Positions 7,851-15,313 of a stretch of 64,000 bases of DNA are shown here, in pieces (position 1 is the stretch's first letter; every line of letters starts with the position of its first letter). The position numbers were made by a program, and so were the translations under genes. This stretch comes from an uncultured bacterium (lineage in GTDB: Bacteria > Patescibacteriota > Patescibacteriia > Patescibacteriales > UBA12465). Under the pieces are notes generated by a model. It made no database searches, was not told the DNA's origin, and saw only the letters and a program-made list of their open reading frames with translations. The stretch is from the NCBI GenBank assembly GCA_938003925.1, contig CALKWQ010000016.1, forward strand, positions 16,363 to 80,362. Reading direction: 5' to 3'.

Positions 7851-9053
7851 ATGAGTTTGCATGAAAAAATTAAGAATTTAACTAAGTATGGTACAGCCTT
7901 AGAAGTTCCTATGGCTACAAAGGAGCAAGGTCTAGACCATTATAAGCGCGCTTGTGATATGGGTATGACTTTATGGCAGTATTTTGAGCTAATTAACCCT
8001 TCAAAGCCAGGTGATACATTATCAGCTTTTGATCGTCAGTTACAAGCAGCTGGCATCATTACAAAGTCTGATGTTACTCGTGGCTTATTTGCATCAACTG
8101 GTGAGTACTTTTTCCAGTCTGATCGTCCAGGTTCAGCTATTCTTTTCCCAACTTTACTACAAAAAACTGCTCTTTGGGCTAAAATGAATCAAGTGGCTGA
8201 TATTAATAAAATTGTAGCCACTACTCGCACAATTGCTGGTACATCCAGCTACCAGTCACTGTTTATTGACGATTCAACTATTACTAATGGCCCTGGTCGT
8301 CATTTCCGTGTTGATCAACGTGGTAAGTTTCCTTCCGTTAAAATTGGCTGGAGTGAGTCAGCAAATGCTGTGACTAAGCATGGTGTTCAGTTAGATTGGA
8401 CATATGAGTTTGTTCGTAGAGCCTCTATAGAACTTATGTCAACTGTAGTGGCTCGTATTATGCTGCAAGACCAGCAAGAACTATTTAATGAGGCCATTAA
8501 TGTAGCCATTAATGGTGATGGTTCTGTTGCAAATCCAGCAGCAGTTGTTAAAAAATTCCGTACTGCTGGCACTGTTGGAGCCAATGATATTAAGCTAGAT
8601 ACAGCTACTGTAGCTGGTGAAATATCTTATGAAGGCTATTTAAAGTTTATTGGTGGGTTTAAACCATATAACATTAATGTTATTGTGGCCAACACTAATA
8701 CTTTGACTAAGCTTATTCTAATGGCCAAGCCTAATGTAGATCCTCTTGCTGTTATTACTACACTGCAAGAACCAAAATCACAAGGTACAGCCATGATGGA
8801 CAATTCAGTGCAAAAGCTATTCCCTAATGTAACATTCTATCCAGCAGATAATATGGCTGATAATGTTCTTTTAGGAATGGATACACAGTTTGCGCTAGAG
8901 CGTGTAATTGAGTTAGGCTCTGATCTACAAGAAGTATCTCGTGTAATTGAAAATCAGACTGAAGCTATGGTATTATCAATTGCTGATGGAGTATCTAAGA
9001 TTTTTACATCAGCTATGCAAGTCCTTGATTTTAGTGCAGCTCCTTTGACCTAA
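7851..9053 (+). CDS. major capsid protein
   Basis: 400-aa ORF after the scaffold and cement genes, with the highest local GC and a 13-bp GC-rich terminator after it. I prefer the ATG at 7851, because GGAG at 7841-7844 directly abuts the track start at 7845. Confidence 0.7.
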   Translation: MSLHEKIKNLTKYGTALEVPMATKEQGLDHYKRACDMGMTLWQYFELINPSKPGDTLSAFDRQLQAAGIITKSDVTRGLFASTGEYFFQSDRPGSAILFPTLLQKTALWAKMNQVADINKIVATTRTIAGTSSYQSLFIDDSTITNGPGRHFRVDQRGKFPSVKIGWSESANAVTKHGVQLDWTYEFVRRASIELMSTVVARIMLQDQQELFNEAINVAINGDGSVANPAAVVKKFRTAGTVGANDIKLDTATVAGEISYEGYLKFIGGFKPYNINVIVANTNTLTKLILMAKPNVDPLAVITTLQEPKSQGTAMMDNSVQKLFPNVTFYPADNMADNVLLGMDTQFALERVIELGSDLQEVSRVIENQTEAMVLSIADGVSKIFTSAMQVLDFSAAPLT

Positions 9054-9078
9054 TTATAGCATCTATTGATGTTATGAT

Positions 9079-9114
9079 CCTACCCGGCTAGCCGCCTCTC
9101 CCTAGCCGGGTAGG
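9079..9114 (+). terminator. intrinsic terminator-like hairpin after the capsid gene
   Basis: CCTACCCGGCTAG-(10 nt loop)-CTAGCCGGGTAGG forms a 13-bp perfect GC-rich stem in AT-rich DNA. Confidence 0.7.
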
Positions 9115-9131
9115 TTAAATATGGAGGTAAT

Positions 9132-9728
9132 ATGAAGCTAGGAGAAGTTAATGATTTAGGTTTTGGTTTTTGTGCTAAGTGTAAGGACTGGAAAGAACTA
9201 CCGAGTCTACATCCAGCTGATAAAAGAAAGCCTAGAAAGGAACGGAGAAGAGTTTGTGGAAAATGCTATGCGGCATTACAAAGAACTTCTGAACCGTTCT
9301 TCTTTGCAAGAAAGGCTATATCAGCGCATAAATCTATGGCTAAAGAAGGTGATTACGGCTTAAAGGACATAAAAGAGTTGCATAAATGGCAAGCTTTTCA
9401 TTGTCCATACTGTAATGATCCAATACATTATAATTTTACTATAGAGCATATTGTTCCTAGAGAAGAAGGAGGTAGAAATATTTTAAGTAATATTCTACTA
9501 ATATGTTCAAAATGTAACTCTAGTAAGCAGGATATTGAAACAATTCATTGGTTAGAAAGAAAAAGCTTTAAAATAAAGCCTAAATTTTTACTAAAAATTA
9601 AAGGAGCTTATGATGAGCACGGATTCGAGTTCAAAGCCAGCTGTAGCAACTGCCTCGGCAGCAGTAACAAAAGCATCTGCAGCAGTAACACCACAGGTCC
9701 AACAAAAGTCTGTATTACCAAAGTATAA
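9132..9728 (+). CDS. HNH endonuclease
   Basis: HNH core is HCPYCNDPIHYNFTIEHIVPREEGGRNILSNILLICSKCNSSKQD. The N-terminus has CxxC pairs (CAKCKDW, CGKCY). Confidence 0.85.
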   Translation: MKLGEVNDLGFGFCAKCKDWKELPSLHPADKRKPRKERRRVCGKCYAALQRTSEPFFFARKAISAHKSMAKEGDYGLKDIKELHKWQAFHCPYCNDPIHYNFTIEHIVPREEGGRNILSNILLICSKCNSSKQDIETIHWLERKSFKIKPKFLLKIKGAYDEHGFEFKASCSNCLGSSNKSICSSNTTGPTKVCITKV

Positions 9729-9900
9729 GTCTGAAGATTTTGATGGGGCTCCTATAGTTAAGTTAGCACTATTGACTCCTGATACTATGCAATATGACTC
9801 AAGATATAAATTAAAGTTAGATTCTACTGAGCCAGTAGAAATGCCGCTAACTCCATTTTTTGCAGAAAGACTTAACAAAACAATAAAGTTAGTAATATGA
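9610..9900 (+). CDS. hypothetical protein (Ala/Ser/Thr-rich N-terminus)
   Basis: 96-aa ORF with aaaggagcttATGATG. It overlaps the HNH 3' end by 119 nt in another frame and ends 8 nt before the endolysin start. Confidence 0.45.
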   Translation: MMSTDSSSKPAVATASAAVTKASAAVTPQVQQKSVLPKYKSEDFDGAPIVKLALLTPDTMQYDSRYKLKLDSTEPVEMPLTPFFAERLNKTIKLVI

Positions 9901-9908
9901 GGTTTTAA

Positions 9909-10445
9909 ATGTTTCCTACTAAGCCCAATTTTCAACCGATAACTTCAAATTCAGACCGTGAAAAACTATTCGGTAAGATAGAGTATATTTCTGCGCCTAT
10001 AAAAGGTAATCCAGAAAATATTTCTATTAAAGGGGATTGGGCTAGAAAAAATTTGTGTATTATAGACTTACCACAATTAATAGGAATTCAAGGCGCGCCT
10101 AATTCTGGTAAAATTCAGTGTCATATAAAAGTAGCTGATTCTATTAGATTTTTATTTTCTGAATTAGAAACATTAGGTCTATTAGATGATATACACTCAT
10201 GGGGCGGAATGTTTAATCCTAGATTCATACGTGGTAGTAAAACAGTTTTATCAAATCATGCTTACGGTACCGCTTTTGATATTAACGCTCAGTGGAATCC
10301 TTTAGGTAAAGAGCCTGCTGCAGAAGATACATTAGGATGTGTATATAAGATAGTTCCAGTGGCTAATAAGCATGGCTGGTATTGGGGCGGGCACTATTCA
10401 AAGCGTAAAGATGGCATGCACTTTGAATACGTGTATAGGGGTTAA
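9909..10445 (+). CDS. endolysin, peptidase M15 (VanY / L-alanyl-D-glutamate peptidase type)
   Basis: Zinc-binding signature SNHAYGTAFD (SxHxxGxAxD) plus DGMHFE (DxxH). Confidence 0.85.
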   Translation: MFPTKPNFQPITSNSDREKLFGKIEYISAPIKGNPENISIKGDWARKNLCIIDLPQLIGIQGAPNSGKIQCHIKVADSIRFLFSELETLGLLDDIHSWGGMFNPRFIRGSKTVLSNHAYGTAFDINAQWNPLGKEPAAEDTLGCVYKIVPVANKHGWYWGGHYSKRKDGMHFEYVYRG

Positions 10446-10446
10446 A

Positions 10447-10740
10447 GTGAAAAGTAAAATAAAAGATGTTGTAACAACTAATAATGATAGAATATCACAG
10501 TCAAAAATATGGGCTAATATAGGCAGTGCTGTAGCAACTTGGGCATTTATTTACATAACACTTCATGATAAAATGACCTGGGAAATATTCTTTGCTTATC
10601 TTGGTACAGTAGCCGGATTTACCCAAATTAGTAAATGGTTATCTTATAAATATGGAGGTCCACAATATGTGGACAATAGTGATAGAGTTAGCAAAAAAGA
10701 TATTGATGCCAAGTCAGATAAATTCGAACCAGGTGACTAA
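10447..10740 (+). CDS. holin (two transmembrane segments)
   Basis: GTG at 10447 has AGGGG 5 nt upstream and sits just after the endolysin stop. The TMDs are IWANIGSAVATWAFIYITL and WEIFFAYLGTVAGFTQI, followed by a charged C-terminus. The track start at 10372 lies inside the endolysin gene. Confidence 0.6.
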   Translation: MKSKIKDVVTTNNDRISQSKIWANIGSAVATWAFIYITLHDKMTWEIFFAYLGTVAGFTQISKWLSYKYGGPQYVDNSDRVSKKDIDAKSDKFEPGD

Positions 10741-10741
10741 T

Positions 10742-11110
10742 ATGGATCCTACTAGTATTGGACTATACTTATTAAAAAAATACTGGTGGGTACTAGTATT
10801 ATGCTGTTTTGTAATTTATACCTTTAGTTTAAAAAGCACAATATCTGATAATAATAAAACTATAAATAATCAACTAGCTACTATAGCTGTATTGCAAGCT
10901 GATATTTTGAGTTTTAAGTCAAAGATCGAAGCCCAGAATAAAGCTATAGATGAGCTAACACAAAAAGGAAAGGAGCAGGCATCAAGGCTAGAGTCTGCAA
11001 TAGCTAGAGTCAATGCTATGAAACCTGCTACTCAGGTAATTATTCGTGAGATATATTCAGACAAAACTAAGGATATTGAGCAGCTTTTGCTTAATGCTGT
11101 TAATGACTAG
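10742..11110 (+). CDS. i-spanin (inner-membrane spanin subunit)
   Basis: ATG at 10742 has AGGTGA 5 nt upstream. The protein has an N-terminal TMD (YWWVLVLCCFVIYTF) followed by a coiled coil. Confidence 0.65.
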   Translation: MDPTSIGLYLLKKYWWVLVLCCFVIYTFSLKSTISDNNKTINNQLATIAVLQADILSFKSKIEAQNKAIDELTQKGKEQASRLESAIARVNAMKPATQVIIREIYSDKTKDIEQLLLNAVND

Positions 11111-11357
11111 TTGTTGTTCTATATGTCCTCCGAAGTATATTGATAGACCAGTTGAAGTTAAGATACCAGTACCAGCTGAATGCAAAGTACCACCAGTTAT
11201 TGAACCAATAACTGATCCGTATAAAAAAGTATTAAAAGGTATGCTGGTAGAGGATATGATAAAAGATTTAAGAGCATCTAGAGTATTATGGCGTGAAAGA
11301 GCACTTAGCTTAGAGATTTTGCTTAATGCTTATAGACCTGCTAAAAAGGATAACTAA
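11046..11357 (+). CDS. o-spanin (outer-membrane lipoprotein subunit), overlapped architecture
   Basis: It starts inside the i-spanin gene in another frame. The signal peptide MRYIQTKLRILSSFCLMLLMTSC ends in a lipobox-like LMTS|C. The mature part is Pro-rich. Confidence 0.65.
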   Translation: MRYIQTKLRILSSFCLMLLMTSCCSICPPKYIDRPVEVKIPVPAECKVPPVIEPITDPYKKVLKGMLVEDMIKDLRASRVLWRERALSLEILLNAYRPAKKDN

Positions 11358-11806
11358 TGGAACTACAGATAGAATATCCACTAGATTATATGCAAGATCT
11401 TTATGCACTACTAGGTGTGTCTAGTGATGATTTATCTGAGGATGACATTATTACATTACCATTTGCTGGCACAGCAGAATTAAACCTAATTGAACTGGTT
11501 CCTAATGCTAAGGCTATATTAGAAGATACAGCTACTGCTGAAAGTACAAAAATTAAACTAACTATAGCTTTTATAAATCTTATTGCCTATTATGTATACC
11601 CGTCATTAAAGACTAAACTATTATATTCTGAATCTGACAATAAGACAATAGGCACTAGGTTTAAAGATGCGTTGTCTAGAGATAGAAATGAATTTAAAGC
11701 TGAAGCCATTAGACAGATATCTTCTACTGGTATTAGTTCTACTATTTCTGGTTATAGTTTATTTGAAGTAGTAACACCGGCTATAGACGTAATTTCAGGT
11801 GTATAA
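11357..11806 (+). CDS. putative head-tail connector/adaptor protein
   Basis: 149-aa acidic ORF, TAATG-coupled to the o-spanin stop. Called from its position between the head and tail genes. Confidence 0.35.
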   Translation: MELQIEYPLDYMQDLYALLGVSSDDLSEDDIITLPFAGTAELNLIELVPNAKAILEDTATAESTKIKLTIAFINLIAYYVYPSLKTKLLYSESDNKTIGTRFKDALSRDRNEFKAEAIRQISSTGISSTISGYSLFEVVTPAIDVISGV

Positions 11807-12387
11807 TGATAGCAAAAATAGCGAATAAAGAATCTAGCTATTTAGAAGCTTATGACTTACAGAATAATAGGCATAAGTTAAAGGTTTTAAATTTTACTGC
11901 CGCAGGAGCTAGAACATCTAAACTAGATAGACAATGTGTGGTTCCAATTAATTCTACTGTTATAGAAGGCACAGAATTAAAGTTGACTAATGATACTACT
12001 TTAGTAGTATCATTTAAAGAAGCTGACTGGTATAAAGGCAAAATAATAAGATATATCTTAGACTGCATAAATACTAATCAAATAGTTGATGTTTATAGAA
12101 ATACGCTTAAAAAAAGCTCACAAGGTGGATTAAGCAAGCAAGAAGAAGTCAAAATATATACGGCTATACCAGTTAAAGTAGGACTATATGACACAGCAGA
12201 GTCAAAAGAATCAAATATTATTATACCAAAGTATGTAATGTATTTATCAAAAAGATATGAGCTATTATCAGGTGATAGAGTAGTTATTAGTGATACTACA
12301 TTTGAAGTAGCAAAAGTTAATAGTTTCATGCATATTACGCCAGGCCTAATGGAAGTAAGATTTGATAAGGACCCTAGATGGCTATAG
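11806..12387 (+). CDS. putative head-closure / head-tail joining protein
   Basis: TAATG-coupled to the upstream gene. The C-terminus LSGDRVVISDTTFEVAKVNSFMHITPGLMEVRF fits the small beta-barrel pattern of head-closure proteins. Confidence 0.35.
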   Translation: MIAKIANKESSYLEAYDLQNNRHKLKVLNFTAAGARTSKLDRQCVVPINSTVIEGTELKLTNDTTLVVSFKEADWYKGKIIRYILDCINTNQIVDVYRNTLKKSSQGGLSKQEEVKIYTAIPVKVGLYDTAESKESNIIIPKYVMYLSKRYELLSGDRVVISDTTFEVAKVNSFMHITPGLMEVRFDKDPRWL

Positions 12388-12875
12388 TTAAACTTAGAGG
12401 TAAAATTAGGCTAAGAGCAAGTATAGCTAGCCTAAAAGTATTAAATAATAAGCAAAAACATGCTATAATAACAGTAGGCATACCTGGTTCTGGTAAAACT
12501 ACGTGGGCTGAACAGCAACAAAATTATGTAAATCTAAATCTAGATGACTTTAGAGAAAAAATATCTGGTAATGCTGCTGACCAAAATATTAACAAATTAG
12601 CTGTTGAAATGCGTGATGCTTTTTTAAAAAGAGCTATAAAAAAGCAACAAAATATAATTTTAAGCGACACTAATATAAATCCTTTTTTCAGAGAAAGATT
12701 AATAGATCAGCTAAAAACAGCTGGTTACAGCATAGAGTTAAAAGTATTTGATATAGCATTAGAAGAGGCCTTAAAACGTAATGCCAACAGAAGTAGAAAT
12801 GTACCAGAAGAAGTTATTATACGTATGTATAATCAATTAAAGGACCAGAATATACATGGATCCAGCAATAAGTAG
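12378..12875 (+). CDS. polynucleotide 5'-kinase, T4 Pnk kinase-domain homologue (no phosphatase domain)
   Basis: It aligns by eye with the T4 Pnk N-terminal domain at four points: GIPGSGKTTWAE (P-loop), NLDDFREKI, IILSDTNINPFFRERL, and KVFDIALEEALKRNANRSRNVPEEVIIRMY. No DxDGT phosphatase motif is present. Confidence 0.8.
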   Translation: MAIVKLRGKIRLRASIASLKVLNNKQKHAIITVGIPGSGKTTWAEQQQNYVNLNLDDFREKISGNAADQNINKLAVEMRDAFLKRAIKKQQNIILSDTNINPFFRERLIDQLKTAGYSIELKVFDIALEEALKRNANRSRNVPEEVIIRMYNQLKDQNIHGSSNK

Positions 12876-13317
12876 TATATCAAATATTTTATTATCTGTA
12901 GAAAAACTATTATGGGAGGTTATAGCCTGGCCAAATCAAGAGCTACTAATTAACAAGAATGACTATATGGCTAGAATTGAAGAGTTACAAGAAGCTAGAT
13001 CAGGTATTTTATGGAACGTTGAAGCTGTAGAAATGACGCATCACTATTCAGCAGAATTACAAGTTGGGTGTTCTACATTTCAAGACTTTGGTAATAAAAA
13101 ACTGTATAAATTAACTGATTGTATAAAATATTTATTAGACTCAACACTGTATATCCCAGTATACGACTATAGCCAAACTAATCCTGAATATTTTGAAATA
13201 AATAAGCTTGTTATAACTGGGCCTATAAAGTGGCTGCCTATATTTACTGAAGTTAATGAGTTTAAAACTAGTATGTTTATAACCAAAATTAAGTATGCTC
13301 AAACAGGCTTTAGATAG
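12856..13317 (+). CDS. hypothetical protein (possible tail terminator/completion, by position)
   Basis: 153-aa ORF overlapping the kinase gene by 20 nt, immediately upstream of the tail tube gene. Confidence 0.35.
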   Translation: MDPAISSISNILLSVEKLLWEVIAWPNQELLINKNDYMARIEELQEARSGILWNVEAVEMTHHYSAELQVGCSTFQDFGNKKLYKLTDCIKYLLDSTLYIPVYDYSQTNPEYFEINKLVITGPIKWLPIFTEVNEFKTSMFITKIKYAQTGFR

Positions 13318-13337
13318 CCAACAAAGGAGGAAGCAAA

Positions 13338-14255
13338 ATGGCAACAGATTTAATGATTGGTATTATGAAGGCCAGTATTAATGGTGGATCTATAGGTTCT
13401 TTAAAGAGTGGCTCATTGACACTTAAGCCACAGTATAAAGAGCATAAGTCAGGATTTCCTCAAATTACTGACATTAAGGTTCCAGAAATTATTACTGGTA
13501 CATTTAAGTTTGACTGTGAGGAAATTGGTTTAATTAAGGGCCATGCTGGTGCAGGTGTGGCTGCGCTTGGTTCTGGTGTTCCTTATAATGTTGATGTTGA
13601 TTGTGAGGCACCAACAGCACAAGGTGGTGCGTTTAAAATGACAGGCTCTGGTTATATTAAGGGCGTATCTGGTCAAGTAAACGCTAATGACTTTGGTGCA
13701 ATGTCAATTGAAGTAGACTGTGTTCCTATGGGTGGATCTAACTCTGCGCTTATTAGTTTCACTAATATGGCTGGGCCAGGATCAAATACAATTGCTGCAC
13801 CTAACTATAGTCATCAGGCTATTACATCAGATTCAGATAACTTAGCTTTTGGTACCCCAACAGTTAATGGTAGTAATTGTCGTTCATTTAACTTTAATGC
13901 AACAGGTAACTTTAAATACCATACTTCTGGATTTCCACCAGTTATTGACTTAGCTATTATGGAATCAAATGAGTTTACTCTATCTGCTGAATTTGAAGAT
14001 CCTTCAGCAGGCTTATTAACAGATGCATTAGCTGCTTTAACACCAGGTAATCTACCAGTAACCGGTAAAACCGTAGCTGGTATCTACTCAATTATTGGTG
14101 GTACTGACGTTACAGTGACTCTAAAGAATGCCATGGTTGAACCTGACTTATCATTTAACCCTGGTAATGATTGGAATGGTGTAACGGTTAAATGTACTGC
14201 ATTATTACCAAAAGGTACATTACCAACAGCTGGTTGGGCTATGGAAATAGCATAA
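13338..14255 (+). CDS. major tail tube protein
   Basis: It follows the canonical order tube, chaperone, frameshifted chaperone, tape measure. It has a strong RBS (aaaggaggaagcaaaATG) and a 13-bp terminator hairpin after it. Confidence 0.65.
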   Translation: MATDLMIGIMKASINGGSIGSLKSGSLTLKPQYKEHKSGFPQITDIKVPEIITGTFKFDCEEIGLIKGHAGAGVAALGSGVPYNVDVDCEAPTAQGGAFKMTGSGYIKGVSGQVNANDFGAMSIEVDCVPMGGSNSALISFTNMAGPGSNTIAAPNYSHQAITSDSDNLAFGTPTVNGSNCRSFNFNATGNFKYHTSGFPPVIDLAIMESNEFTLSAEFEDPSAGLLTDALAALTPGNLPVTGKTVAGIYSIIGGTDVTVTLKNAMVEPDLSFNPGNDWNGVTVKCTALLPKGTLPTAGWAMEIA

Positions 14256-14270
14256 TTTGCTAAATATAAT

Positions 14271-14303
14271 ATGCGGATTGTAATAAAATGTTACAATCCG
14301 CAT
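14271..14303 (+). terminator. intrinsic terminator-like hairpin after the tail tube gene
   Basis: ATGCGGATTGTAA-taaaatg-TTACAATCCGCAT forms a 13-bp perfect stem, followed by gttattat. Confidence 0.65.
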
Positions 14304-14346
14304 GTTATTATAAAGTAGTTTAAAAGTTACAGTGAAGCAAATAGGC

Positions 14347-14400
14347 TGAAACAGCGTTTATAAAGTAGGCTAGTATAAATATTAAGGTAATAAATAACAC
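14347..14400 (+). promoter_or_regulatory. conserved promoter-like cassette, copy C (TGAAACAG-N17-AGTATAAAT-N12-AATAACAC)
   Basis: One of three near-identical intergenic cassettes. It ends 22 nt before the ATG at 14423. Confidence 0.5.
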
Positions 14401-14422
14401 TAAATCACAAAAGGAGAGTAAA

Positions 14423-14998
14423 ATGGAGAAGTTAGCTGCTGGTAAATTTGGTATTACGCTTTCTGGAGAGGCACAGACAGTCGTAATTACATTTGGCTTA
14501 AGAAGTGATATATTACGTCTTATAACTAAAGCACAATTAGAGTATCGTAGCTTGTCTGCTAAAAGTATGTTACCTACTGAGATGAGAGCTAAACTAGCTG
14601 AGCTAGTAGAAACGTTAGACGCAGAAAGAGCTAAAGAAGAAAAAGATGAAGCACGTATTACAGAACTTCAAAACCAGGTAAATAAACTATATGAAGATTC
14701 TATTAAGATTATAGACGATAATAAGGATAAGCTCATTGAAGAACTTGCCTTAGGCTCTATAGATTTAACAGATAGTCTAATTGCTGACATTTTATCACTA
14801 GTGCTTACAAAACGTAATGATAAAGGTGAAGTAATAGGAAAAGTCTCTAAGGATGATATTTTATACGGCGCTCAGTTTGCTAATGATGGTGATGAGTTAC
14901 TTCAGTTAATTGAAGGTGTAATGCTATATTTAACTGACACACTAAAAAAAATTCAAGTAGTGAACCAAATGCTGACCAGTCTCGTAAAGAACGACTAG
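14423..14998 (+). CDS. tail assembly chaperone (gpG-like)
   Basis: 191-aa acidic helical ORF between the tail tube and tape measure genes. RBS is aaaaggagagtaaaATG. Confidence 0.65.
   Translation: MEKLAAGKFGITLSGEAQTVVITFGLRSDILRLITKAQLEYRSLSAKSMLPTEMRAKLAELVETLDAERAKEEKDEARITELQNQVNKLYEDSIKIIDDNKDKLIEELALGSIDLTDSLIADILSLVLTKRNDKGEVIGKVSKDDILYGAQFANDGDELLQLIEGVMLYLTDTLKKIQVVNQMLTSLVKND
14944..14951 (+). promoter_or_regulatory. slippery A8 run: programmed -1 frameshift (or transcriptional slippage) site
   Basis: The site reads C-TA-AAA-AAA-AT in frame 0. The -1 frame is open from 14950 straight into the 15082..15312 ORF. Confidence 0.6.
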
Positions 14999-15312
14999 CG
15001 GCTATTAGAAAGGCAAAAGGCCTACCTGAACCAGATGAGTCTAAAGATATAGAACTCACTATTTATGATTTAATACAAATTATGTGCAATAGTAATCCCC
15101 AGGTAGAACTAAACACTATCTGGGGTTACACACAGGAGGAGATTCTTCATCGTTGGGATATATGGAAGAAATTTGATATAGTAACTAGAATATTTGGTCC
15201 AGGAAAAAAGGAACAAGATGAATCACAGACCCCGGTAAATACTAATGCTACAATGTCTGCATTAGCCAATTTATTCGGGCCTAATTTTATGCAAAATCCA
15301 AGTGAGGGCTAG
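14950..15312 (+). CDS. -1 frame extension of the tail chaperone (gpGT-like C-terminal part)
   Basis: I translated the -1 frame by hand from 14950 (NSSSEPNADQSRKERLAAIRKAKGLPEPDESKDIELTIYDLIQIM...). It has no stop until 15312. The predicted fusion is about 296 aa. Confidence 0.6.
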   Translation, partial: NSSSEPNADQSRKERLAAIRKAKGLPEPDESKDIELTIYDLIQIMCNSNPQVELNTIWGYTQEEILHRWDIWKKFDIVTRIFGPGKKEQDESQTPVNTNATMSALANLFGPNFMQNPSEG

Positions 15313-15313
15313 C

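Noticed and set aside
10372-10741. ORF-track starts at 10372 (holin) and 10652 (i-spanin). Similar long N-terminal extensions occur at 4468, 15302, 61089 and 63028.
   Set aside because: These extensions overlap upstream genes or a promoter-like cassette and lack an SD. Downstream in-frame starts (10447 GTG, 10742, 4492, 15314, 61053, 62995) have properly spaced SD sequences.
6167-12329. - strand ORFs opposite the protease, capsid, HNH and connector genes (6167..6433, 8387..8584, 9591..9935, 11850..12068, 12093..12329), plus the + strand 9163..9363 ORF inside the HNH gene.
   Set aside because: They are embedded in better-supported genes, have no RBS, and show low-complexity antisense composition.
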